Assembly (NCBI GenBank): GCA_963675595.2
Contig: CAXXLZ010000002.1
Coordinates: 2,048,001-2,112,000, forward strand
Direction: 5' to 3'
DNA from: Thermodesulfobacteriota bacterium
Lineage (GTDB): Bacteria; Desulfobacterota; Desulfarculia; JACQYL01
Length of the DNA: 64,000 bases
Every line of letters begins with the position of its first letter. Position 1 is the stretch's first letter. Under the pieces are notes generated by a model that saw only the letters and a list, made by a program, of their open reading frames with translations, did not search any database and was not told where the DNA came from. The position numbers and the translations under genes were made by a program. This document shows, piece after piece, positions 1-11,158 of the stretch.

Positions 1-155
1 CTGGTGTTAAGGCATCTGCCCAGTCCCTTGGCCTGTGTCCTGAACTTCCTGCCCGACGAACCACCTTCCCCATCCAGGGAAAGTATTTCTTTGACTCTGT
101 GGGACACTACGTAATTACCGGGTTCGAGAAGAATGAGTCCTGGCGCCATGGTCAT
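1..155 (-). CDS. 5' part of an unidentified protein that runs off the window (MTMAPGLILLEPGNYVVSHRVKEILSLDGK...)
   Basis: ATG at 155 preceded by AGAGGA; frame open to the window edge; sigma70-like promoter at 265-293 points at it. Confidence 0.5.
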   Translation of the reverse strand, partial: MTMAPGLILLEPGNYVVSHRVKEILSLDGEGGSSGRKFRTQAKGLGRCLNT

Positions 156-264
156 AGGTGTCCTCTTAATATGGTTTACCGATAGGAAAATGGAGGTATC
201 CGGCCGGTTTTTCGATGAATGCTACCGAATGAAAAGGCAAAGTAGCCAAAGAGAAACAATCTTG

Positions 265-293
265 AGTATGTAACAAGAACCGTCGATCGTCAA
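265..293 (-). promoter_or_regulatory. sigma70-like promoter TTGACG-N17-CATACT
   Basis: Read on the minus strand; 17-nt spacer; upstream of the partial CDS. Confidence 0.5.
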
Positions 294-606
294 GGGGTTC
301 GCCGGGGGACCCTGGTCGTCATCGTTTCCTTTCGCTTAAAAACCGTGTTGAACTACGGCACTCGCCCTGCCCGCCGCTTTCTCGGTCGTCATCTTCCCGT
401 TTTCACTCGAGACCGAAGGTTCTCCCAACATGGCTCCAATTGATCCCGCCTCCTCGGCTTTGTCCGGGCGGACGCTCCCGACAACTCCCCAAGTATGCGC
501 CGTCTTCGAACGAATCGCCCCGTACCCATCTCATTTTTCGCGGTCGGTTGGTTTCAGACTTTATCTTCCGCTGAGCGGCCTTGAAGCTTGCACGTCGGGC
601 AAGCAT

Positions 607-635
607 TTGAAAGGCCTGGAGTGTTCTGACATAAT
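607..635 (+). promoter_or_regulatory. sigma70-like promoter TTGAAA-N17-CATAAT with extended -10 TG
   Basis: Consensus match and spacing, upstream of PBP1A. Confidence 0.5.
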
Positions 636-780
636 ATTCGGATTGTGATACGGGCCCACTCGGAACACCAACGAACGCACGAGCTTTCTTTTTAGTTCGT
701 CCTGTTCCGCATCGTGAGATGTCAATAATGCGAACGCCCGGTAAGAGTACGACTTCCTTCCTTTGTAAGGTGATCTGCAC

Positions 781-3201
781 ATGGAACCCAAACCTTCCGG
801 CCCCAAGGGCATAACTGTCGAGGAAATCAAGCGGCGAAAGTTACGCACGAGAAGATGGTGGGTCGTACCGGCAGTCTTGCTGTTTCTCCTGCTCTTTTCG
901 ATGGGCACCGCCTTGGTGGGCTACTTCTACATCACCTATGATCTTCCCAGTCTGTTCACCAAGGAGGATTACAATCCGCCTGTGGTGAGCCGAGTTTACG
1001 ACCGTAACGGGGAAGTCATTGGAGAATTTTTTCGCGAACGAAGGGAGCTTGTCCCACTTTCCAAAATGCCCGGAACGTTGATCCACGCGTTCGTTGCCGC
1101 GGAGGACGATCGATTCTTTGAACATCCCGGAATCGATGTCATGGGCATCCTTCGAGCTTTCGTAAAGAATATCAAGGCCGGCAAAAAGATTCAGGGTGGA
1201 AGCACCATCACTCAGCAGATCACTCGTTCCCTGCTGCTTACCCCTGAGAAGAGCTATCGACGAAAAATCAGAGAAGTCATCCTCGCCTATCGCCTTGAAA
1301 ACCGACTCAGCAAGGAAGACATCCTTTACATCTACCTGAATCAGATTTACCTAGGCCATGGCGCATACGGGGTTGAAGCGGCGAGCCGTGCCTATTTCGG
1401 AAAGTCCGTCAGTGATCTCAACCTTGCCGAGTGTGCAATGCTTGCAGGCTTACCCAGAGCTCCGAGCCGTTATTCTCCTTACGCCGACATTGAGAAGGCC
1501 CGTGAACGTCAGTCCTACGTGCTTCGCCGCATGGTCGAGGAAGGTTACATCTCCCCCGAAGAGGCCGAAAAGGCGCGGAGCTACGGCGTCCAACTCGGCG
1601 ACAACGACGAAGAGCCGTTTTACAAAGCGCCTTACTTCACCGAATACGTGCGCCAATACGTCGAAGCAACGTACGGAGCCGATGAACTGTACGAAGGCGG
1701 ACTCAGAATCTACACCACGGTTGACGCCGGACTTCAGAAAATCGCGCAACATGCCGTCGCACGCGGAATTGAGGAGCTCGATAAGCGCATCGGGTACAGG
1801 GGGCCGTTGGAACATCTCAAAAAATCGGAATGGGAACCTTTCTGTAAATCTTTGGCCGAACAAGAGCTCCAGGAAGGCAAGGTGGTCACCGGGTTGGTTA
1901 CCCGAGTGGACGACTCCTCCAAAACAGTGCATGTCTGCCTTGGATCCGATGAGGGGATCATCGAGCTCAAGCATATGGCCTGGGCTCGTCACCCCAATCC
2001 CAAGGTCGCCTCGGATTATGCCTCCATAAACGTCCCTTCCGATGCCCTCAAACCCGGTGATCGGATACAGGCTAAGATTCTCGCGATTCCCAAGAGGGAC
2101 ACACGAAAGGACGGAACGCCCGTCAAGGCGATCAAACTTGCTTTGGAACAGGAACCCGATGCACAGGCCGCTCTTCTGTGTATGGAGAACGATACCGGTT
2201 TCGTCCGTGCTTTGGTGGGCGGAAGCGATTTCCGGAAGAGTCAGTTCAACCGCGCGCTTCAGGCCAGGCGGCAGCCGGGTTCCGCCTTTAAACCCATCGT
2301 TTACGCGGCCGCCTTGGATAAGGGATTCACTCCGGTGAGCATCATTATAGATTCCCCGGTTGTGTACGATGACCCATCTCAAGGTGGAAAATGGAAACCG
2401 CAGAATTACGAAGAAGAGTTTTACGGACCCACCCTTCTCCGGGAAGCTCTGATCCACTCCCGAAATGTGGTTACGGTAAAGCTCCTCCAGGATATCGGCG
2501 TCGGATATGTGATCGATTACGCTCGTAAGCTTGGGATTCAGTCCGATCTCGTGCATAATCTTTCTCTTGGATTAGGCGCTTCAGACGTTACACTGTTGGA
2601 AATCGTACGCGCCTACACGGCCTTCGCTAATGGCGGAATGCTGGTCAAGCCTGTTTTTATCACCAAGGTGGTGGATAAGCGTGGACTCGTCCTCGAGGAA
2701 AGCGAAATTGAGAAGCAACGTGCGATGCACGAGGATACTTCTTTTTTAATGACCCATCTCCTTACCGAAGTGGTTCAATACGGCACGGGTAAAAGGGCCT
2801 TGAAGCTCAATCGCCCCGCAGCCGGAAAGACCGGTACTACGAATGATCTGAAGGACGCTTGGTTCATCGGATTTACCCCTGAACTTTGCGCCGGTGTGTG
2901 GGTGGGTTTCGACGATTTTCGGCCCATGGGAAGGTTTGAAACCGGTGCAAGGGCAGCCAGCCCAATCTGGGTCGATTTCATGAGAGGTGCCCTCACCGGA
3001 AAGAAAATTACGCCTTTCTCTCCGCCCGAGGGTGTCACCTTTGCCAAGATCGACCCTCAATCCGGGAAACTGGCCTCTTTTTCAACTGAGAATCCGGTTT
3101 TCGAATGTTTTAAAATGGGAACGGAGCCTACCGAATATGCGGAAGAGACGGACATGTTGACTCCGGATGTGCCCGTGGATTTCTTCAAGACCAATTTCTG
3201 A
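781..3201 (+). CDS. mrcA: Penicillin-binding protein 1A (transglycosylase/transpeptidase)
   Basis: N-terminal TM anchor; EDDRFFEHPG and GGSTITQQ glycosyltransferase motifs; SAFK, SRN and KTG transpeptidase motifs; OB-like insert. Confidence 0.95.
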   Translation: MEPKPSGPKGITVEEIKRRKLRTRRWWVVPAVLLFLLLFSMGTALVGYFYITYDLPSLFTKEDYNPPVVSRVYDRNGEVIGEFFRERRELVPLSKMPGTLIHAFVAAEDDRFFEHPGIDVMGILRAFVKNIKAGKKIQGGSTITQQITRSLLLTPEKSYRRKIREVILAYRLENRLSKEDILYIYLNQIYLGHGAYGVEAASRAYFGKSVSDLNLAECAMLAGLPRAPSRYSPYADIEKARERQSYVLRRMVEEGYISPEEAEKARSYGVQLGDNDEEPFYKAPYFTEYVRQYVEATYGADELYEGGLRIYTTVDAGLQKIAQHAVARGIEELDKRIGYRGPLEHLKKSEWEPFCKSLAEQELQEGKVVTGLVTRVDDSSKTVHVCLGSDEGIIELKHMAWARHPNPKVASDYASINVPSDALKPGDRIQAKILAIPKRDTRKDGTPVKAIKLALEQEPDAQAALLCMENDTGFVRALVGGSDFRKSQFNRALQARRQPGSAFKPIVYAAALDKGFTPVSIIIDSPVVYDDPSQGGKWKPQNYEEEFYGPTLLREALIHSRNVVTVKLLQDIGVGYVIDYARKLGIQSDLVHNLSLGLGASDVTLLEIVRAYTAFANGGMLVKPVFITKVVDKRGLVLEESEIEKQRAMHEDTSFLMTHLLTEVVQYGTGKRALKLNRPAAGKTGTTNDLKDAWFIGFTPELCAGVWVGFDDFRPMGRFETGARAASPIWVDFMRGALTGKKITPFSPPEGVTFAKIDPQSGKLASFSTENPVFECFKMGTEPTEYAEETDMLTPDVPVDFFKTNF

Positions 3202-3340
3202 ACGTATCCTCGACTGCCGTACAGGATTCGAGGAGGAAGCCATGCGGACGGACGCTCAAGTTGCGCTGTTCCCCGTGCCCGGTTCAAATCGGCATTTTGG
3301 TTGTCTCCCGGTTCGGGGCCGCACTGACTAAGGAAGGACC

Positions 3341-4759
3341 GTGGAGACATCGGAACCGAATACCTCTAAGCGGGTCGGCCCCTATTGCCGAGGTTACAAC
3401 CATCTATATCTCAAGGCCAACGGTGAAATCCCTTGCTGGTGCAGTACGGGCGAATCTGTAATCCTCCAAAACGAGCTGGCCTCTCTCGGCCGCGACTTCG
3501 GCCGCCGTGTGGTCAACGGAGATGCGCTGCGCCGTGTTCGAAGGAGTTTCCTTTCCGGCCGTGTGGCCTTCCCGCAATGCGGAACCTGCGAGCTTTTCCG
3601 TGAATCCACACCGAGTAATGCGTGGAGTGATCTCTCCGACGACGAATCCGGGGCGATTTCGGGTGTCCAAATTTTCCAGGTGGAATCGTCCTTTCTGTGT
3701 ACATTGGACTGTCCCATGTGCGTCGGAAAGAGCAGCAGAACCCGGCTCAAGGGCCCCCCATACAACCTTCCCTTTCCTCTATTCCAGAACGCCGTTACCG
3801 GATTGGCGGATGAGGAAATCTCCGTGCGTGAGCTGTCTTTCTGCGGTCGGGGCGAGCCTTTTCTAAATCCCGATTTGCTGCGCATGGTTGCATTTGCCAA
3901 GGAACGCCTGAAAACCCGCGCCACCATCATTACCAACGGTAATTGCGCCTTTGACCCGGACATGGTCAAGTCCGGTCTTGACCGGATCGAAATCTCTTGG
4001 GACGGTACCGACAAGGCGACCTACTCGAAGTATCGCATTCATGGCAGTTTTCAGAAAGTCCTGGACCTGACCTCCTCGTTGGCCGACTTCAAGAAGACTC
4101 TTGGCGCACCTAATCCCAGGATCATGGTGAAATACATCCTTTTCTCCTGGAACGACTCCGAAGAACAGCTGCTCCGGCTTTTCGACATGACGCGTGCTCT
4201 TTGTGTGGACGAGATTCTCTTTGTATTCACCGATACTTTGGGGAAATCTAAACGATTTCTCCATTCGGACCAAATTGAGGACCTGCTTTCACGCAAGGTT
4301 CGGGAGGGCTCCCTTTCCCTTCCTTCACGCTCTTATCTGAATACCAGAAGCACCGTTGCACAGGTGAGATTCTTCCATGAATGGTCTATCGAGGGAGACG
4401 CCGAAGGGCGATCGGTCAATATCCTAGGTTGGTTCGTAGATGCCAATGAAACCGAGAGAATGGAGTCCGGCATCGTTCTCATTAATGGAAACGAGAGCTA
4501 TCCGATGGAGGTGAACCTTCCCAGCATGGACCTCGTACGAGCACGCCACTGTGAAGCCATCTGGCCCGAAGATCCCCTCCTTCGCTTCCGCGCGACAATA
4601 CCATTATCATGTCTTGCAGGGGATGCCGCTGAAATCGAAGTGGTCGTACGCACCACAGAAGGCCGGACCGTATCCTTGGGCAAGAAGGCTTTCAAGCCGG
4701 CGGGCGTTTCCCGTTGGAGCAGATTGAAAGGTGCGCTTTTGCGGAGAACCCGGGCCTAA
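3341..4759 (+). CDS. Radical SAM protein with N-terminal SPASM/Twitch-like domain and C-terminal beta-rich domain
   Basis: GTG start with AAGGAAGG RBS; CTLDCPMC (CxxxCxxC), GRGEPFLNP and TNG motifs; N-terminal C...NGEIPCWC...CGTC. Confidence 0.85.
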   Translation: METSEPNTSKRVGPYCRGYNHLYLKANGEIPCWCSTGESVILQNELASLGRDFGRRVVNGDALRRVRRSFLSGRVAFPQCGTCELFRESTPSNAWSDLSDDESGAISGVQIFQVESSFLCTLDCPMCVGKSSRTRLKGPPYNLPFPLFQNAVTGLADEEISVRELSFCGRGEPFLNPDLLRMVAFAKERLKTRATIITNGNCAFDPDMVKSGLDRIEISWDGTDKATYSKYRIHGSFQKVLDLTSSLADFKKTLGAPNPRIMVKYILFSWNDSEEQLLRLFDMTRALCVDEILFVFTDTLGKSKRFLHSDQIEDLLSRKVREGSLSLPSRSYLNTRSTVAQVRFFHEWSIEGDAEGRSVNILGWFVDANETERMESGIVLINGNESYPMEVNLPSMDLVRARHCEAIWPEDPLLRFRATIPLSCLAGDAAEIEVVVRTTEGRTVSLGKKAFKPAGVSRWSRLKGALLRRTRA

Positions 4760-4779
4760 CCCCCCATACCGGACAGCAA

Positions 4780-4807
4780 AGGCTCATCGAACTTCTTCGA
4801 TGAGCCT
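4780..4807. terminator. Perfect 12-bp hairpin between convergent genes, probable terminator of the ribosomal cluster
   Basis: AGGCTCATCGAA-cttc-TTCGATGAGCCT; only a short T run on the minus strand. Confidence 0.6.
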
Positions 4808-4853
4808 CCGATTCCATACTATCATTCGGTGCGCCGAAGGCGCCCGGGTCGTA

Positions 4854-5510
4854 TTACTTTTTTTCTTCTTCGGCCTCCGCCTTCTCAGTGGTCTCAGTGG
4901 GGCCGGGTTCCGTCTCACTCTCGGTTGTCGCCTCCGTCGGAGCGGCTTCGGCGGCTTCCTCCGCGGCGGTCTCTTCCTTTTCGGGTTCGGGAGCTTCAGC
5001 CTTCACTTCTTCCTTAGGGGCTTCAGGTTTGGGCGTCTCCGCAGGAGCAGCCGAAGCTTCAGCCTTCTTTTTGGCTTTCGGCTTTTCTTCCTTCTTCTTT
5101 CCCAAACGATCCAGCAACCTGCCCTTTTTGGCCTTCTTCGGTTCGGCCTTATCGTCCTTAGCAACCAGTTCGACAATGGAAACCGGGGCTCCATCCCCAA
5201 CTCGGAACCCTTTCTTAACCACTCGGACGTATCCGCCGGGGCGGTCACTATACCGTTTACTCAACTCATCAAACAACTTAGCCACGACGGACTTGCTGCG
5301 AATGAAGGAAAGAGCTTGGCGTCGGGCGTGAAGGTCCCCCCGTTTTGCGAGAGTTACCATACGATCCGCGACGACCCGCAATTCCTTGGCACGTGCATCA
5401 GTGGTTTCGATTTTTTCATGCTCAAACAACGAAGTGACCATATTCCGCAACATTGCTTTTCGATGCGAAGTGGTAACACCCAGTTTGCGGCCTGCCATAC
5501 GATGTCTCAT
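4854..5510 (-). CDS. rplQ: 50S ribosomal protein L17 with ~100-aa K/E/A/P-rich C-terminal tail
   Basis: [33 protein letters not shown]; follows rpoA. Confidence 0.97.
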   Translation of the reverse strand: MRHRMAGRKLGVTTSHRKAMLRNMVTSLFEHEKIETTDARAKELRVVADRMVTLAKRGDLHARRQALSFIRSKSVVAKLFDELSKRYSDRPGGYVRVVKKGFRVGDGAPVSIVELVAKDDKAEPKKAKKGRLLDRLGKKKEEKPKAKKKAEASAAPAETPKPEAPKEEVKAEAPEPEKEETAAEEAAEAAPTEATTESETEPGPTETTEKAEAEEEKK

Positions 5511-6520
5511 TGCTCCTGTTCCTTCCTCTTCTTTTCAAGGAGCTCCTTCGAGGGCCAATTGGGAAGCCTCATGCCCAAGGACAACCCCATGTCACTAAGA
5601 ATCTCTTTGATCTCGTTCAGAGATTTTCGGCCGAAGTTTTTCGTCTTCAGCATCTCGTTCTCGGACTTCTGCACCAATTCGCCGATATAGGTAATACTAG
5701 CGTTCTTGAGGCAGTTCGCTGAACGTACGGACAGCTCGAGCTCATCTACCGTGCGGTACAGATGCTCGTTCTCAATTTCCGTTTCCTCGACCTCTTCCTC
5801 TTCCTCAACTTCTTCTTCCTCTTCGAAGTTGATGAAAATACTGAGCTGCTCCTTCAGTATCTTGGCGGAGTAGGCCAATGCGTCCTCCGGCGTCACACTA
5901 CCGTTGGTCCAAATTTCAAGAACAAGTTTGTCGTAGTCCGTAATCTGTCCGACGCGCGTGTTTACTACCCGATAATTCACCTTTTCGATCGGAGAGAACA
6001 TGGCGTCGACTGCAATGGTACCGATAGGCGAGTCTTCTTGTTTGTTTCTCTCGGCCGGAACATATCCCTTGCCCATTCCGACGGTCATGACCATGTGAAG
6101 TGCGCCGTCCTTACCAATGGTGGCGATATGGGTATCGGGATTCAATATCTCAATGGTCCCGTCGGTTTTGATCTGCTCCGCAGTGACCTTGCCTTCTTCA
6201 ACGCAATCGAGGCTGATCTCTTTGGGGCCCTCACCATGCATCTTCAGACAAACTTGCTTAAGATTGAGAATAATATCCGTTACGTCTTCCACAACACCGG
6301 CAACGGTGGTGAATTCGTGCATAACGCCTTCAATGCGCACCGATGTGATCGCCGCACCTTGAAGGGAAGAGAGAATGATTCTCCTCAGCGCATTACCGAT
6401 GGTAAGCCCAAAACCACGTTCCATGGGCTCACACTCGAACTTTGCGTAGTACGGGCTATGCGACTCTTCCTCGATATCGAGGCGCCTGGGTCTGATGAGT
6501 TCTCTCCAGTTTTTCTGCAT
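5507..6520 (-). CDS. rpoA: RNA polymerase subunit alpha
   Basis: [39 protein letters not shown]. Confidence 0.99.
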   Translation of the reverse strand: MQKNWRELIRPRRLDIEEESHSPYYAKFECEPMERGFGLTIGNALRRIILSSLQGAAITSVRIEGVMHEFTTVAGVVEDVTDIILNLKQVCLKMHGEGPKEISLDCVEEGKVTAEQIKTDGTIEILNPDTHIATIGKDGALHMVMTVGMGKGYVPAERNKQEDSPIGTIAVDAMFSPIEKVNYRVVNTRVGQITDYDKLVLEIWTNGSVTPEDALAYSAKILKEQLSIFINFEEEEEVEEEEEVEETEIENEHLYRTVDELELSVRSANCLKNASITYIGELVQKSENEMLKTKNFGRKSLNEIKEILSDMGLSLGMRLPNWPSKELLEKKRKEQEQ

Positions 6521-6617
6521 ACATTCTCCTCGTAGAGGATTCCGGCCTATCGTAAGGAAAAGGCACGAAAACAGGGTCCCGTCCCACGATAAGGTCCGGA
6601 TGCGGCTCTCCTGGAGG

Positions 6618-7244
6618 TTATTTGGAGTAGAGCTCCACTATGAGCTGCTCCTGGATCGGCATCGTGATGTCGTCACGGCTCGGGAGTTCTCTCACTATTC
6701 CGCTGAAATTCTCAGAGTTGACTTCGATCCATTTGGGAACGCTACGCCTCGCCACCGCCTCCATAGCTGACAAAATCAGGGGATTCGTGCGACTCTTTTC
6801 AACGACGCTGATCGTATCTCCGACGGAAACCCGATACGAGGGGATGTTTACCTTGCGGCCGTTGACCAGAAAGTGGCTGTGTCGTGTGAACTGCCTACCC
6901 TGGTTCCGTGAGTCTGCGAAGCCCATACGGTAGACCACGTTGTCAAGACGCAATTCGAGAAGACGGAGCAGGTTTTCGCCGGTAATCCCCTTTTGCCTAT
7001 CCGCGTCGTGGAAGTACCTACGAAACTGATGCTCGAGTACGCCGTACATCCTACGCACCTTCTGCTTCTCCCTGAGCTGGACACCGTAGTCGGAAAACTT
7101 CCCACGTCTTTGTCCGTGCTGTCCGGGAGCGTAGCTTCGTCTTTCCCAGGCGCATTTGTCCGAGTAACAACGATCCCCTTTCAGGAAAAGCTTCATATTC
7201 TCACGTCGGCACAATCTGCAGACGGACTCTGTGTATCTGGCCAA
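6618..7244 (-). CDS. rpsD: 30S ribosomal protein S4 (Zn-binding Cys form, TTG start)
   Basis: [33 protein letters not shown]. Confidence 0.99.
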   Translation of the reverse strand: MARYTESVCRLCRRENMKLFLKGDRCYSDKCAWERRSYAPGQHGQRRGKFSDYGVQLREKQKVRRMYGVLEHQFRRYFHDADRQKGITGENLLRLLELRLDNVVYRMGFADSRNQGRQFTRHSHFLVNGRKVNIPSYRVSVGDTISVVEKSRTNPLILSAMEAVARRSVPKWIEVNSENFSGIVRELPSRDDITMPIQEQLIVELYSK

Positions 7245-7262
7245 GCTGAACCTCCTCTTGGA

Positions 7263-7655
7263 TCAAACTCTCCGCCGCTTGGGAGGGCGGCAACCGTTGT
7301 GGGGAATGGGGGTAACGTCCCGAATCAAGGATACGGAAAAACCCGCAGCCTGCAATGCACGCAGAGCCGCCTCTCGCCCGGAACCGGGTCCCTTCACATA
7401 GACCTCGATGTTCCGCACCCCGTGTTCCATCGCCGCCTTGGCCGCCTTCTCCGCGGCAAGCTGCGCCGCGAAAGGGGTGCTTTTCCTGGACCCCTTGAAG
7501 CCCTGGGAACCAGCGCTAGACCATCCCAACGTATTGCCGCTGGGATCCGTAATCGTCACGATGGTGTTGTTGAATGTGGCATGGATGTGAGCAACGCCGT
7601 TCAGGACGTTTTTCTTTTCCTTTTTCTTCTTCGGGGATCTTTTGCTTACAGCCAT
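7263..7655 (-). CDS. rpsK: 30S ribosomal protein S11
   Basis: [38 protein letters not shown]. Confidence 0.99.
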   Translation of the reverse strand: MAVSKRSPKKKKEKKNVLNGVAHIHATFNNTIVTITDPSGNTLGWSSAGSQGFKGSRKSTPFAAQLAAEKAAKAAMEHGVRNIEVYVKGPGSGREAALRALQAAGFSVSLIRDVTPIPHNGCRPPKRRRV

Positions 7656-7669
7656 CTCGTCTCAGCCTC

Positions 7670-8041
7670 TCATTTCTTTCTTCGCCCGATGGCGGCTCTT
7701 CGCGGGCCCTTTCGAGTCCTGGCATTGGTGCTCGTTCGCTGTCCGCGCACGGGCAGCCCCTTCCTATGCCGAAGCCCCCGATAACACCCAAGGTCCATGA
7801 GCCTTTTAATGCTCATGGCTACCTCACGGCGCTTGTCCCCTTCCACCTGGTACTCGCCGTCGATCACCTGCCGGATCGAGCGAACCTGATCGTCGCTCAG
7901 GTCATCGGATACAATGGCCCGATCCACACCGGCCTTGTCCAAAATCTCAACTGCCGTCGTTCGCCCGATACCGTAAATATACGTCAAAGCGAACTCAATC
8001 CGTTTGTTCTTAGGCAAATCGATGCCCGCAATTCTTGGCAA
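7670..8041 (-). CDS. rpsM: 30S ribosomal protein S13 (TTG start)
   Basis: [30 protein letters not shown]. Confidence 0.99.
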   Translation of the reverse strand: MPRIAGIDLPKNKRIEFALTYIYGIGRTTAVEILDKAGVDRAIVSDDLSDDQVRSIRQVIDGEYQVEGDKRREVAMSIKRLMDLGCYRGLRHRKGLPVRGQRTSTNARTRKGPRRAAIGRRKK

Positions 8042-8221
8042 GTCCCTGTCCTCCTATGTGGTGGGAAAAGCTCTCACCCTACAGCCGGTTGATTTTCCTC
8101 CCGGCGGTTCGGCTCAATATGCCCGGGCTCCCGTTGGCCCGACACGAGAGCCGGTTTCGCAAGGGGTGACTCCGCAGATCCGTGCAAAACGGACCATTGA
8201 ACCGGCGCCCCCGCCTTCCGG

Positions 8222-8335
8222 CTATCCCTGACGCTGTTTATGGCGGGGGTTCTCACAGATAACCCGAAGAATCCCTTTACGCTTCACAATCTTGCATTTA
8301 TTGCAGACGCGCTTCACCGAAGCCCTTACTTTCAT
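8222..8335 (-). CDS. rpmJ: 50S ribosomal protein L36 (37 aa, below the ORF-track cutoff)
   Basis: Manual translation [37 protein letters not shown]. Confidence 0.98.
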   Translation of the reverse strand: MKVRASVKRVCNKCKIVKRKGILRVICENPRHKQRQG

Positions 8336-8382
8336 GGCCTCGCTCCTTGTTCGCCCCTAACAACGCCCCAGGGACCGGAAAG

Positions 8383-9132
8383 TCACGCCGGTCCGCTCAG
8401 GATGTCGGGGCCGTTCTTGGTTACGGCAATCGAATGTTCGAAGTGTGCACTCAATCTCCGATCCCTGGTGACCGCAGTCCACCCGTCATCCAGGATATCG
8501 ACTTCGTAGGTTCCCTCGTTGACCATGGGCTCGATGGCGAGGACCATACCCTCGCGAAGGCGAATTCCCTTCCCGGGAGGGCCGAAATTGGGTACCTGTG
8601 GGTCTTCATGAAGCTCTCGACCGATTCCGTGACCCACGAAGTTTCTCACCACGCTGAAACCGTGCTGTTCGACCCACTCCTGCACTGCATGGGAAATGTC
8701 TGACAGTCGGTTTCCCTCCTGCGCCATCTCGATCCCTTTGAAGAGAGATTCCTTGGTCGCTTCCATCAACTTCCGGGCGTTTTCCTTAACTCGCCCGATG
8801 GGAACGGTGACCGCCGAGTCGCCGTAGAATCCCTCGAAGAGCACCCCGAAATCCATACTCAGGATGTCACCTTCCTTGAGGGTGCTCTTGTTCGGAAACC
8901 CGTGCACTACTTGTTCGTTCACAGAGGCGCACAGACTGAAGGGATATCCGCGGTAGCCTTTAAAAGCCGGCTTGGCCCCTCGAGTTCTGCAAATCTCCTC
9001 GCTGATACGATCCAATTCAAGAGTATTGGTCCCCGGCCCGGCCAATTCCGATAGCTTTTGCAGAACCTCCGCTACAATGGCGTTGGCCCTCCGCATGATC
9101 TCGATCTCTTTTGGGGACTTGATGTGAATCAT
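8383..9132 (-). CDS. map: Methionine aminopeptidase type I
   Basis: SVNEQVVHG, GHGIG, AIEPMV, SAHFEHS. Confidence 0.98.
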   Translation of the reverse strand: MIHIKSPKEIEIMRRANAIVAEVLQKLSELAGPGTNTLELDRISEEICRTRGAKPAFKGYRGYPFSLCASVNEQVVHGFPNKSTLKEGDILSMDFGVLFEGFYGDSAVTVPIGRVKENARKLMEATKESLFKGIEMAQEGNRLSDISHAVQEWVEQHGFSVVRNFVGHGIGRELHEDPQVPNFGPPGKGIRLREGMVLAIEPMVNEGTYEVDILDDGWTAVTRDRRLSAHFEHSIAVTKNGPDILSGPA

Positions 9133-9138
9133 CTATCT

Positions 9139-9783
9139 CTAGCTCTGGATCACCTTCTTGATTCGACCATAAATCTCGTCGATCGAGCCCGTACCTTCGA
9201 TTTCACGAAGCAGGCTTTGATTACGATAGTATTCGATCAGCGGGAAGGTCTGATCCGCGTACACCTTCAGACGGTTACGCACGGTCGTTTCATTATCGTC
9301 GTCCCGCTGGTACAGGTCCTCCCCGCATTTGTCGCAGACGCCCTCTTTCGCGGGAGGCGTGAACATCACATGGTACATCGCACCACAATCCTTGCAGGTA
9401 CGACGGCCGCTCAGCCGCTTAACGAGTTCTTCATTATCCACGTCGATGCTCAAAACATGGTCGATCTTCTGGCCCAGCTTCCCCAACACGCTGTCCAATG
9501 CCTCGGCCTGAGGAACCGTGCGTGGAAATCCGTCAAGAATGTATCCACTTGTAGCATCGGGCTTTGCAAGTCGTTCTTCGATCAAGCCGATCACGACCTC
9601 GTCAGGTACCAGCGCACCCTTGTCCATGTATTCCTTCGCTTTAAGTCCGAGCTCGGTCTTGTTCGCCAAAGCGGCTCTGAGCATATCGCCGGTGGATATC
9701 TGAGGAATTTTGAACTCTTCGATGAGCTTCTTCGCTTGAGTTCCCTTACCGGCTCCAGGACCTCCCAACAGAATCAGGTTCAT
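9139..9783 (-). CDS. adk: Adenylate kinase (Zn-binding lid)
   Basis: GGPGAGKGTQ, LDGFPR, CKDC...CDKC. Confidence 0.99.
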   Translation of the reverse strand: MNLILLGGPGAGKGTQAKKLIEEFKIPQISTGDMLRAALANKTELGLKAKEYMDKGALVPDEVVIGLIEERLAKPDATSGYILDGFPRTVPQAEALDSVLGKLGQKIDHVLSIDVDNEELVKRLSGRRTCKDCGAMYHVMFTPPAKEGVCDKCGEDLYQRDDDNETTVRNRLKVYADQTFPLIEYYRNQSLLREIEGTGSIDEIYGRIKKVIQS

Positions 9784-9849
9784 GAACTCCTCCTAATCTT
9801 TGTTGCTCCGAGACGGAGCAGTAATCATTAAGGAAACGAAGCGTCGGAT

Positions 9850-11157
9850 CTAACGACGACCCTTCAGAGCCCCCTTCTTAAGAAAACCCTCGTAATGACG
9901 GGTCACCAAGTGAGACTCGATCTGGGCCATGGTATCGATCGCCACGCCCACCACGATGAGCAGCGCAGTGCCGCCGAAATAGAACGGTACGTTTAATTCC
10001 CGAATCAATATCGTGGGCATGACGCATACGGCGGCGACATAGATCGCCCCGCCGAAGGTGATGCGGGTCAACACTTTATCGATGTAATCCGCTGTATTCT
10101 TTCCGGGACGGATTCCAGGAATGAATCCCCCGTATTTTCTCATGTTATCGGCGATATCGACCGGGTTGAACGTCACTGCCGTATAAAAATAGCAGAAAAA
10201 GAAAATAAAACCTACATATAGAAGATAATAAATCAGGCTCCCCGGACTCAGGGCCCGAGAGATACTCTGCATGATCGGCAGATCGATGAATTGGGCGATG
10301 GTCGCGGGAAACATGATGATCGAGGAGGCGAAGATCGGAGGAATCACGCCCGCCGTATTGATCTTCAACGGCAAATGAGTGCTTTGTCCTCCATACATCC
10401 GCCTGCCTACCACACGTTTGGCATATTGGACCGGGATTCTCCTTTGACCCCGCTCAACGTAGCAAATGGCACCCACCACCGCCACCATGCCCCCCAAAAG
10501 CACCAGGAGCAAAAACGGCGCGACTTCACCGGTCCGAAGCAACCGCATCGTGTTCATGATGGCGCCGGGCATTCCGGCCACGATACCCGAAAAAATGATC
10601 AGCGAGATTCCGTTTCCGATCCCGCGTTCCGTAATCTGTTCACCCAGCCACATCAGGAAAGCCGTACCAGCGGCAAGCGTGATAACGGCCATGAGACGAA
10701 AACCCCAACCGGGTTCCGTTACCACCAACGCTCCCCCGGGCCCCGTCATTCTTTCGAGACCCACGGCGATGCCGAAACCTTGTATCGCGCTGAGTACAAC
10801 CGTACCATACCGCGTATACTGGGTAATTTTCTTCCTTCCCTGCTCACCCTCTTTCTTGAGCTTCCCCAGATAGGGGATGACCACGGTAAGGAGCTCGAGG
10901 ATAATGGCTGCGCTAATGTAAGGCATGATCCCCAGGGCCATCACGGAGAAGTTCTGTAGGGCACCTCCGGAGAACATATTGAACAAACCGAAAAGAGTTC
11001 CCTGCGTCCGTTCAAAAAAGGCGGCCAACGCCGCTCCGTCCACTCCGGGAGTGGGTATATGGCAACCGAGTCGGTAAACCGCCAGCATCAGCAGGGTGAA
11101 CAGGATCCTTCGCTTGAGCTCCGGTATTTTAGCAATACTCTGAAAGCCGCCGATCAA
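9850..11157 (-). CDS. secY: Preprotein translocase subunit SecY (TTG start)
   Basis: [45 protein letters not shown]. Confidence 0.99.
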   Translation of the reverse strand: MIGGFQSIAKIPELKRRILFTLLMLAVYRLGCHIPTPGVDGAALAAFFERTQGTLFGLFNMFSGGALQNFSVMALGIMPYISAAIILELLTVVIPYLGKLKKEGEQGRKKITQYTRYGTVVLSAIQGFGIAVGLERMTGPGGALVVTEPGWGFRLMAVITLAAGTAFLMWLGEQITERGIGNGISLIIFSGIVAGMPGAIMNTMRLLRTGEVAPFLLLVLLGGMVAVVGAICYVERGQRRIPVQYAKRVVGRRMYGGQSTHLPLKINTAGVIPPIFASSIIMFPATIAQFIDLPIMQSISRALSPGSLIYYLLYVGFIFFFCYFYTAVTFNPVDIADNMRKYGGFIPGIRPGKNTADYIDKVLTRITFGGAIYVAAVCVMPTILIRELNVPFYFGGTALLIVVGVAIDTMAQIESHLVTRHYEGFLKKGALKGRR

Positions 11158-11158
11158 G

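Noticed and set aside
356-370. sigma54-like CGGCAC-N5-CTGC on the plus strand
   Set aside because: Weak match, 400 bp from the PBP1A start, and a better sigma70 promoter exists at 607-635.
403-908. Short ORFs in the divergent intergenic region before PBP1A
   Set aside because: Mutually overlapping, no RBS or motifs, and they span promoter elements.
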